From assembly GCA_020137815.1 (NCBI GenBank), contig CM035359.1, forward strand, positions 496,001-560,000: DNA of 64,000 nucleotides, written 5' to 3'. Source of the DNA: Hormiphora californensis (taxonomy: Eukaryota > Animalia > Ctenophora). Below the pieces are notes generated by a model. The model searched no databases. It was not told the DNA's origin and saw only the letters and a program-made list of their open reading frames with translations. How positions within the stretch are numbered: position 1 is the first letter of the stretch; every line of letters begins with the position of its first letter. Below, piece after piece: positions 23,387 through 33,815 of the stretch. A program made the translations under genes and the position numbers.

Positions 23387-26300
23387 TTAGGTGGGTGGAG
23401 GATTGTCGATGAACCACAATACGTAAACAGGTTTAAAAAGTGCAGCGTCGTTGAGAATAAGTTGCTGACAAAAACCTGAACCATCAGGCTGTACTTTTTT
23501 GTACTTCCCTTCAATCAGGGCCAGTTTGAAGATGATCATGCATTCCTTTCCGTAATTTGCACTAAACTCAGGGTACTCAGAAAAGTAGCAGCCATCACCA
23601 AAACGTCGACCATGAACTGCTTCCCGATTTGGATCCAGATTAGTCTTTATGATACTTGAAATGTTTTCTTTAGCAGTGGCGTGGAAAGCATACACTTCGT
23701 ACGAGTTTTGGGTCCTGTTTGAGATCTTTATATACTTTTTTTCACATGATGTGTTTCTTACAACTCCAACAAATTTGGCTAGCGGTTTCCCTCCCATAGC
23801 TTGATGATATGCCGATCTTTTTGAGCAGGCTCCGTCATAAATTCCAATGACTTTCTGAAGAAGCTCCACTATCGGGTCACTAACATTCCTCATATCGAAG
23901 TCAGATAACTTGTATCTAGTTTCATCTTCAGAAAAGTTGGACATCAAATCAGCCTCAGGAATGTTCACAACTTTGGGCTTCAAAGTCAGTTGGACAAGGT
24001 ATTGGAAATGAAACTGGGAGCGATCATAAACTCGATACTTTGCTGGTTGATCCATCTTGGAGACTAGTATCGAATCCTTTTTATTCTTTTTGAGGAAATC
24101 CTGTTTTGGACCTTTCACCTCATGTGTCGCTACAGAATTGCCAACAAGTAGATTTCCAATGAAAAGAGAAACAACTCCACCCTTAGATTGTGGAAGATCA
24201 CTATCGTGAGCACCTTTTGAAAAATAAAACGACATAATATCAGAAACTAGAAGCTTTGATAAGCCAGCTATATCTCTAACATCAGCAGGAAGAATTGGAC
24301 TACGAAGAATTTTAAAGAGCTCCTGCCGCAGAGAACCATGAGTTTTAAACGCCGCCGCGTTCCAAAATTCCTCAGAATTCTTCGGACATTTTACTTCGTA
24401 ATACTCAGAGATAGTGTCAATGACATATTTTCTGCTGTGCCTGAAGAACTGTTGACATTTGTACTTAAGATCATCTCGAAGTTGAGGACTATCAATGAAT
24501 TCCAATGATGCACTATCCCCAACATTTCTAGCTTCTTCTTTAGCTCTGTCATAGGCTTGTTTAGCCAATCTCTTTTCCGCTTGGACTGACTTCTCGTACT
24601 CAATCTTGCAAATTCCACAATCCTTGGATAGACAGTTCTCGATACAGTCCAGCTTACAAGGATGCCCACAGTCCACTCTCTTCCGATCACAAGGGTGTTT
24701 GCACAGCTCTTTTTCGCTGCATTTTCTTTTCTGAAGATGCCCACAGCTCTGACTGGTGTACGACAATAGAAATTGACAGTCTTTCACTTGAGGTTTTGAC
24801 TTACCACAAACTTTTTTGAAGTGAGCAACATGTCCACAGCCATCAATCGTGAACTCAACCTGAACTGGACATTGGTGGGCTTGGTGTGAGTGCTCATCTC
24901 CACAAACTTTTTCACACTTGTGATTTTTTGGACAGCTATAAAACTCTTTGCATACTTCAAAACACTTAACTCCCCTTGGATTGGTTTTCCACGGATGACA
25001 TTGAACCTCTTTCTGGTGACCACATTTTGGGAGTCGTTTTTGCAGCTTCACAGCACATTCCAAAGTAGCCGTATCCTTATAACATTGGCGAGAGGTTTGA
25101 TGGGAACAGTCCGGAAAAATGAAACCAACCAATGTCATACATTTTGTGTGGTCGTGTCGAGGTGTGCACAGTTTAGTGCACCTATGCTGTGGAATTTTAC
25201 AGTCGTACAACTGTCTGCAAGGCTCAGTACACCACGATTTCGAACCTTTGATGTAGTGTGATATTTTTGAAGGATCAAGACACTGTCCCCGAAGCTCCTT
25301 TTCCAGGTCTTTCACGTGACCAGCACGAACAGCAGTATGGGGGTGTAGATGACACCGTAGGATAAGGTTCTCTTCAATCAAGCCTTGAGCTAAGAAAGGT
25401 TTAATAATAGGCATCCAAGTTTCATGTTCTATAAAAGTTTGTGCATCCCCGACAAAATACATTCCCCTTTTAGCTCGAGACTGAGCAACACACCTTCTTT
25501 CCATTTCTTTCATGAACCCAATGTTACCTACCGGGTTTGAGCGAGTGAGGGAGATGATAACATAGTTATTTTCGTCACCTTGATACTCATCAATTGACCT
25601 AATATCGACACTTGACTCTCCAGGCTTCAGCGATCGGAATAATGTCCTTACTGCGTGAACTTGGCCGAGATACCCACAGATAATTGTGATTTCTTCGCTG
25701 GGTACATCACTTGCGATCAGGTAGAGAGCGAGAGAAACAGCCATTCCTGCTTCTGGATAGTTTTTTACAGTCCTTTGTTTGTCTTCTCGGTAACTATGAT
25801 TCCACCAGAACATGGAGTGTTTTAGGCAGTTGAGAGGAGGATTCTTTTGATCCAGATTCGGGAAATCTTGGTAGTTTGGATAGATATCAAGAAGAAGTTT
25901 GGAAAACTCAGGTCTCATTCTTCCCTGCTTCAAAAGAGTTTTGTAGGGCAAACCAGACTCAATAAGTCTTTCCATCATAGATATATCAAGATTATAATTT
26001 GTCTTTAGATGATAGTTATCAATCTTAGGTTTTAGTTGCTTGTGATCACCAATCATTATCAGTCGTTCCACACTTTTTGTCAAAATTCCAACCAAACAGG
26101 GCTCCATAATCTCAGCACATTCTTCGATGATGACAATTTTCGGATTCAGTTTCTGCAGTAGACCAAGCTGGATCGAAGCCCCAACGATTGTAGCACCAAC
26201 GATTTTTTGACGATTCAAAACTTGAAGCTTGTTTCTTTCTTCGATATCTTTTTCTTGAGAGCGAAATGTATTCAAGTTATCGAGGGCGTCCTTCATCTTT

Positions 26301-29300
26301 TCAATAATCCCATCAAGGGCTGTAGTGAGTAATGCATAGATGAAGCAGAACCGATCAACTTCGTCCAGCTTATGTAGATATTTTTCACTTAAAAGTTCAC
26401 TCTTCAGGCTAAAATCAGAGCAAAAATCTGAGAGGTTGAATTCATGTTCGGAGGATGAACTCATCTGCATCGATGAAATCAAGTCCTCAATCCTAAGTGC
26501 TCCAGATCCAAGGTTATCATCAAAAGCAGACTCCCTCTGTGCAGCAAGCTTATTCAAATAGTCCTCTTCGATGTCATCATCTTTCTCCTTTTCATTTTGA
26601 ACGTCGTCTTCGCCGTCTTCATCTTCCCATACCTCTTCCCTTTCTTTGACCGTTCTTTGAAACAAATCTGTTAGTTCAAACAACTTTTCTTTTTTGGGTA
26701 GCCAGTCATGGAACGCTTTTTGGAACACTTTAACAAAATTCTGGGTGCCTGGTGTAGGTTGCCGGATCATTGCAGAGAACTGGATTTTAAAATCTTCCTT
26801 TGCCCGCATTCTCGCATACTGCGTCCGTGACATTTTGTTCTTAACATTATCATAAAAGAACCTGTCCAGTTGTTCTGGTGAAACCAGTTCACAGAAACTT
26901 ACTATATTGAACTTGGATTTTACTCTAAACTCGTTAAGAAGTGCCTCAAAGTTTTCAAACTCCTTGTCAATAGCTTCCATTATCTCACGATTTGAAATCC
27001 GTTTAATTGCCGTGTTTGCCATCTTGTATTTCATCAGACAACCCTCTAGCTCCTCCTCTTTTGACTGACCACCAATCCTGAGAAGCTCATCTTTCGGACA
27101 AAACTCGAGGCAGTGTTTCAGAAATTCGTCCAAAGCATGGTTTTTGTAGGTAAGGACAAGAATGGGAGGTTCATCTGGAACCTTTGGGACGCCTTTTTGC
27201 TGAATACGAGGTGTTTTTGACTTGTTGACAAGGTATAAAAGATGTGCCAGTTTCGCTCCAACGAATGTTTTCCCAGTTCCTGGAGGTCCTTGAATTATTG
27301 CAAGAGGATATTTCAGAACATGGTCAAAAGCAGCCTTTTGGGATTCTTCAAGATCGCCATAGCCTACCGTTTGCATTAGCGATGAATCAATATTTAATGG
27401 GCTATCAGAAGATGCCACCCCCAGAATAACATCACACAGAGTAAAGCTTTCCAACTTGCTGTTTCGAAGACTTTCAAGAATATACCGAAAAGACTGAAAG
27501 TAAGTCGGACTCTCAGCCATGATCAATCTGCCTGAGTGTTTCAAAAGTGTCAAAGCGGCATCCATAACATTGCTATTCGAAGAGAAAGAAACTAACTCCA
27601 CTCCAATGATTGGTCCTTTTTCCAACTTTTTAGGATCTCTGTCAATGACGGTGAGCCATATCGCATCACTGAAGTCCCCCTTCGCAGATGCACACAGCAG
27701 ATTCCCAAACATTAGTTTCCGGGACTTCTTCCAATCAGGCACTTTACAATCCGGTTTGAAGCTAAGGTAGAAAACAATTCTGGACCTGTCCTTGTCAACT
27801 TTAACCACTCCCACTCGAGAGTACATGCTCATGTCACGTTGATCGAGGCGACCGTTGTTGAAGTCGTTGATGCCCTTTTGAATACTCGAGAAGCACTCTG
27901 CACGAAGAAGTCGGTAATAGATATCTAGGTATTGGTCGACACTGTCGTAGGGCTTTTTAGTATGGACAGGCTTCAAGTAGGGAACTTTTTCAAGGGGGTC
28001 GCCAAACATTTCCTGAATAGAAGGAATGGTTTCCAATTCTTGCCATTTTTCAAGGTCTACCAGGCGGGCAGTTTTGAGGAGTAGACGGTGTAAAAATCTA
28101 GCCTCTTTACTTTTAGAATTCCGTACCAGGGCACCTAATGGTGGAAGACAATCCTTCAATTTGGATGGGTCATGTTCTACCTGTTGCTGAATTTGCCACA
28201 AATCATACTTACTCCTCGTCCTATCGCTTGTGATTCGGCTCGATAACTTTGAGGTGGAAAGCATTTCCAATATTTTAGATCTCTGGCTCGGAAATCCAGT
28301 CATGTGAGGTAAGGAAGTCATCAGAAAGGAGTATAGGCATCGAATATAGCTTTCAAATTCAGCAATTGGATCAGTTTTTGCTTTCAGTAGGAATTCCCAC
28401 AGCGCTGGACATGTCATAATAGTGTTCAATGCTCCAGTCCTAGTTCCGCCATCTTGGAGAGAACTGATAAGGGAATCAAAATAATCTTTTATCTCCCTCA
28501 GCGTTCGTTGCCCGATGAAGGTTTCGACCTTTACTTGATAGGCCTTTGGCTTAACTTTCCCATCCGGCATTTTTTCGTGCGGCCTAGCCCTAGCTGCTCG
28601 GGCTAGCTCAAACTTTACGATGTCCCCCCTTTTAAGTGCAGGTAGAAAATTGTATCCATCGAGTGCCGTTTCATACATAAAAACGTCCTTGTTCTTCACA
28701 AATTGCTCAGGCAAAGTGTGGAACGCTTTTATAAACTTTGGTTGAGCTTGGACAGTCCCAAAAAACCATTTATCTTCCTTGGCCCGCTTTGCTGAATTTA
28801 CTTTGAGCGTCGAGATTACCCGCTGAAAAAAATTGTGCGTTCTTTTGTGAATACGATCATATATCCCCTTACAAGTTAAAAATTTTAAGAGGAATTTTTG
28901 AATCAAAAAGAGCTATCGCGAGGTCATGGATAAACATGTATGATAAACCTTAAATCACACAGTAGAATATAGTTAGTTTATTAGCCAACCATTTTCTTAC
29001 CACTGAGTCCAGTAGTTCCTCTGAGATTCCATTATCCAACTCACTGTCAGAATCGCTTTCCAAAGCAGCTTGAGCCGCTTCGAGCTCTTCGCTTGCTTGC
29101 TGATACAATAACGTATATTGTTCAACCTAGTGTGAATAAAATTATATAGGTTTTGAAAAAATAACTCGATATATTAAAATTCCACACCTAATCAATTCTA
29201 TCACTTCTTCCTACATTTCTAAAATCGGACACCGATTTACCGGGATCCTGGGGGAAAGGGTTTCGCCCGGTAAATAGGGGTTCCGGTATATCGAGGCCCG

Positions 29301-32300
29301 GTAAATCGCGGTCCGACTGTACTTAAATGTCATTCTAAAAACTTACATTTTGCTTCTCAGCTTCATTTTTGGAAATCAGGTTGTCATTTTGAGCCGCTAG
29401 ATCTGCTATTTTACGTTGATAGATCTTTTTATGATCCACTAACGTTGCACACTGCGAAGATGTAATGAAATGTTTATAAGCAAAAGCAAATCTTTATATA
29501 CCTTACTCTCGTTAATTAAGCTCGCATATTTCAAGAAACTTTTAAATAAGAAACTTTTTTTCTGGGAAACTACAGGTGTAAACAATCCAAAAACAAAAAG
29601 AATTTCTCCTTTATCAAGAAACTAAACAAGTTAGGGGTGTTCTATTTTGTTGTGGTGTCTCTGAATTATGTGATTCACATTTGAAAAGTTTCTTATAAAA
29701 AAGTTTCTTACTAAAGCGTTTCTTAAAAAATGAGAGTAAGGTATATATTTTGTTTAATCCAATGACTGACTAAAAATTGATGCGTTTAAAAAGGTGACTA
29801 CCTTTAGTTTTTCCGCCGTATTTTGGGAAACTAGATTTGCTTTTTCAACGGCTAGATTTGTTGCTTTGTTACGCTGTGCGACATACGCATCTCTGTATTC
29901 TTTTTCCCTTGCAGCAATTTCGACACACTGAAAAACGCAGTTTTAGGCATGACCATCAAAAACTATGATTTTATAATAAAAAACAAAACGAGCGTATAAT
30001 ACATATTATTCTGAATGAGATCTGAGCAAGAATTTAATATGGACACACTACAGGAATACTTGGTAAAAACACAATAAACAGTTAGGCGGTGGTGGGTAGT
30101 ATGTGAGATCTGATCCTGGGTGGGATGTGATGTGATCTACGGTTATTTTTTGTCTTAACAAAATGCATAATGTGGATCAAGTTTCACCAAATTTTGCCCC
30201 TTCTATTGTTTTGGTTCAAAGTCGCGGGAATGCTGCAAATTCAGTGTGAGAGAAATCAAGGGAAGTTGAGACTATTCGAACATTGCTTTTTTACCTGTAT
30301 TTTAACTGCTTCATTTTGGGCAATAAGCTTGCTATTTTTAAGCTCAATATCTTTTATTTTATTTTCACTTGCAGTAATCTTGTAGCGGTTTGTCTGACAC
30401 TCAGCTTTCCACGTTCTCTCACTTTCAACCACGTTTTCAGTCTGAAAAGCGATGAAAGAAAATATTGGGAAATGTGTGTGACCAAATTGCAAATTTTTTA
30501 GTGTGAATTAGCGATTTGGGCACTTTTTCTGATATAATGAAAATGACCATATTTATATATTACATGTACATATATGTACTACATATATGCAACCAGCATT
30601 TTTCGCATTCAAATATTCGATATTTTCTTTCAGTATTACCTTCTGCTTGTAGGTCCCGACCTGGTTTGCTAGTTGTGCGTTTTGAATTAACAAATTCTGA
30701 ACCTGTAAAGCAGATAAAGTCTGATAAAATCAAGGATTAGCACTTATAGCTTTTGAGACTCAAAAAAATAATTTTGAGTATCAGTTTCACATTTCACTTA
30801 TCAGTTTCGTTTAAAAAGCTCGCTCCTGATAGTTGCTTGTTCTTGCACCGTTGTACACGCCGACGAACATGGCCTTGTCTGACCCCAAGTTGGATCGTGC
30901 CTTCACTACCTGGCGGCATGGCTGTCCAGGTACCCGTGCTGTTGCTTCTGATTACAGTCGGCTGGAGACGTCCATCATGTCCACATTGAGACGAGTCGCG
31001 GGGTACCCTGACCCTAACAAGGAAGGCGGCACATTTGACCCGAACAAGTTGACCAGCACCTATCTCTCTAAACTAGATACCAACAAGAAGGTCAGCTTTA
31101 TCTCTGATCTGGCGGGTTTGCTTTGGTATCGTGCACTCCCTCTCGGTCGGTTAGCTAGGAAGAACTTGCTATCAGATAACACGCGACCGGATCTTAATAA
31201 TTCTGTGTGTAGCACACGGAGCAATGAATCGAAAGAGAAGGTAGAGAAGCTCATGGAGCATCTGGACCACACCCGAGACCGTCTTGACAGTGCTACAGAT
31301 CTGCTATTGAAACGTGATTCTGAGATAATTGTACTGCAATCGGAGATTAGCGCCCTGAAAGATTCGATCATATCAATGAAAGATACCATGCTAGATAAGA
31401 GTGTGTCTGCTGTGCAGACTGTTGTTAAGGACGAGATTCAAAACTACTCAGCTGTTCTCCAGGCAGCTGCTACTGCTGTGAACCAGACATGTGTATCTGC
31501 CCTTGCTCCCAGCAAACTCCGAACAGCAATTGCCAGTGCTTCAGTAGACCGTAGTAGCAACCTGATGGTGTATGGTCTCGCAGAGAGTGATCAACAAAGT
31601 GACAGTACTTTAGTCAAGCAACTATTTGAACATTTGTCTGAAGCGCCAGTGTTATCAGAGGTGGCACGACTTGGAAAGAGAGGTGGTGAGAGGGTACGGC
31701 CAGTGCGGGTGGTGCTGAGGAACAGAGAGATTGCCAGGACTATTTTGGGAAAATCGGTATCTCTAAAGAACTCAGACCAATATCAGTCAGTGTTCGTTGC
31801 ACCAGACAGATCAGTAGAGGAGAGAACTGAGAGACGAGAATTAGTTACTAAACTGAGAGAGAAAAGAGATAATGAACCTGATAAAGTGTGGAGAATTAGA
31901 AGAGGCTCTATTGTAGAGAGTGAGACGTGAGAAGTGTTGCGAGAGATTAGTGAGAGTGATGAATAAGCTAATTGTTCGAGATATGGATCTATTTTATGTT
32001 TTATATTTTTGTTATGATTTTAAGTTTTGTAAAGACACAGTGGGGACCAGGATGGGGTAGCAGGTTCAAAGCACACACAAGACCTCACCGTCTTCGTGCT
32101 AGCGACCCTGTTACGCCACCCTGAATCCTCACTCAGTTTGGTCTGTGTGGCTGGTTTGCTTACTATTATATAATATTTATTTCGGCGCAATGCCACTGCC
32201 AGCGGCAGTTTTGATTGATTGATTGATTGATTGAATTTCGTCAAGCAGGTCAGTATAACGGAGGGGGGGGGGGGCTGAAAGAGTGAAATTTGTCACCGTA

Positions 32301-32402
32301 TCACCCCGGTAACATTTTAGAAAATGGGAGTCTAACCTCAGTTTTGAGTTGCACAACTTCATTGTTTTGATCCGAAGACTCTCTGGAAGGCAGACAGCCC
32401 AT
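23387..32402 (-). CDS. ZNFX1-like SF1 helicase - NF-X1 zinc fingers - tandem PARP-like domains, copy 1 (intact, ~2022 aa)
   Basis: join(32402-32337,30702-30640,30441-30295,29927-29802,29451-29347,29126-29001,28822-23387), all phase 0. Motifs LMFGNLLC, MAESPTYF, IIQGPPGTGKT, LTYKNHALDEFL, IEECAE, IGDHKQL, QGRMRPE, IDEYQGDE, VAQSRAK; Cys/His-rich CGH..C repeats; AFHAT..GRRFGDGCYFS..SANYG. Confidence 0.9.
29501..29741. mobile_element. Intronic MITE with TA-flanked TIRs
   Basis: tata-CCTTACTCTC ... GAGAGTAAGG-tata, with further imperfect internal inverted symmetry (aagaaacttt/aaagtttctt). Confidence 0.6.
30761..32234 (+). mobile_element. Non-autonomous LINE derivative carrying ORF1 only, with (GATT)n tail, in intron 1 of helicase copy 1
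   Basis: Intact ORF1-like frame, ~280-bp 3' region, terminal hairpin (actgcc..ggcagt) and (TTGA)x6 tail at 32211-32234. No RT. Absent from the homologous introns of copies 2 and 3. The 5' boundary is approximate. Confidence 0.75.
30869..31930 (+). CDS. LINE ORF1-like protein (coiled coil + RRM/CTD), 353 aa
   Basis: Heptad segment, then DRSSNLMVYGLAE, RLGK..RPVRVVL, VFVAPDRSVEERTERR: typical L1/CR1/L2 ORF1p motifs. Confidence 0.8.
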   Translation: MALSDPKLDRAFTTWRHGCPGTRAVASDYSRLETSIMSTLRRVAGYPDPNKEGGTFDPNKLTSTYLSKLDTNKKVSFISDLAGLLWYRALPLGRLARKNLLSDNTRPDLNNSVCSTRSNESKEKVEKLMEHLDHTRDRLDSATDLLLKRDSEIIVLQSEISALKDSIISMKDTMLDKSVSAVQTVVKDEIQNYSAVLQAAATAVNQTCVSALAPSKLRTAIASASVDRSSNLMVYGLAESDQQSDSTLVKQLFEHLSEAPVLSEVARLGKRGGERVRPVRVVLRNREIARTILGKSVSLKNSDQYQSVFVAPDRSVEERTERRELVTKLREKRDNEPDKVWRIRRGSIVESET

Positions 32403-32489
32403 GTCGAGAAGTTGGCCAATACACCAAGAACCACATCAAACAACAATTACGGTATCGCTCATCTCTTTTACCATGTTAGCTATAGAGAC

Positions 32490-32572
32490 AAAGGGGGGAA
32501 AGAGAGGAGAGGGGGAAAGAGAGGAGAGGGGGAGAGAGAGGAGAGGGGGAGAGAGAGGAGAGGGGGAGAGAG

Positions 32573-32642
<70 letters not shown>

Positions 32643-32665
32643 ATGGGGAGAGAGGGGGAGAGAGG

Positions 32666-32721
<56 letters not shown>

Positions 32722-32728
32722 GAGAGAG
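32490..32728. repeat. GA-rich microsatellite (polypyrimidine tract on the minus strand upstream of copy 1)
   Basis: (GA)n/(GGAGA)n run, ending near a tatag|ct acceptor-like site at ~32480. Confidence 0.9.
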
Positions 32729-33212
32729 ATCAGCATGTGCCAATGTCCCAGGGCCATGGGTTCATGCGAAAGATTGGGAGATGGAAGAAAGGGTTATAGC
32801 AAAGAGAAAGAGGGTGCATGTGCAAAATGCAAAAGGTTGACGCTTTCACGGTAGAGAGCGGAGTGCGATATTCCCATACACACCGGTGTTATAGCACATA
32901 TAATTGGGGTTTTCAGGGGGCAGGGATGGGGGTGTATACAAATAAAACCTCGGATAATAGGTTTAAAAAGACATAGGTTTAACAAGACATAATCAAGTTC
33001 ATACATCATGAACAGACAGTAACATTAGCAACATTTCTAAGAAAAAAGATTTAAAAAGCTGGCAACATATTATATTTTACAGTGATATAAAAACCCATTC
33101 GAACATTTTACATAGCACAGTGACGTTTAAAAAAGTATATCATGGTCCCAATTTATGATTAGAAGCAAAAAAGAATATTATTTGCACTATTATATGTATC
33201 AATAGTATCGTA

Positions 33213-33710
33213 TTTCCCTGCCTTCACCTTCATGGTTGGATGACATAGTAGGAGGGCCCCATGCCGTTTTTATTGATCAAGAGACAAGAGAGAAGTTCCC
33301 GAAATTGCTGTTAATTGTTATAAATGGCTACATCATATTTCGTGAAACCTGTTAATAGGTTTGATGAAGAAGCAGCTGCTCCGTCACAGGATTTTAGTGA
33401 AAACACTAGCAAAATTTGTTAGTGTCGGCCATTCCTAACAGTGCCGATTTTAGTTACACAATTTTGTGCACTCAAGGAATTCAAGATTTCTAAACCCTGT
33501 ATGATCTTTTTAGCACATGTGTGCTAAAACGACGCGATCATTCGGGTGAATGCCGTTAAACAAGATTATTTGCATTATGATATAACATAACGCCGAATTT
33601 CCCTGCTATGCCGTGTGAAGCGCCTGGATACCGTAGGTAGCGGTGAAAATTTTGCAAAGCAAAAAGGCATCCGAGGTGAATGCCTTCGGCATTCACCCGG
33701 GCAGGGAAAT
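33213..33710. mobile_element. Dispersed short-TIR repeat family (TTTCCCTGCC...GGCAGGGAAA); relatives at ~42518-42810, ~50125-50551 and ~61166-62101
   Basis: Shared 10-bp inverted termini and a subterminal hairpin GGGTGAATGCC-n-GGCATTCACCCGG followed by GTGCTAAAAAGATCAT. Confidence 0.6.
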
Positions 33711-33815
33711 TTATGTTAAAATCTGTGTAACTTGGCCAAAACAGCTTGTATTATAATAATAATAATAATAACATTCTAAAACCCTATTAAGATTTACAGC
33801 AGTCAAAGTGAAGCT

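Noticed and set aside
23387-28822. Bacterial or viral origin of the 5.4-kb intron-free helicase exon
   Set aside because: It is spliced in frame to six GT-AG exons and has eukaryotic NF-X1-type fingers. Ancient retroposition is possible but cannot be shown here.
32349-32840. ORFs rich in ER/RE or SL repeats (also near 22825-23064, 40858-41259 and 18485-18904)
   Set aside because: Translations of GA/CT microsatellites or MITE internal repeats.
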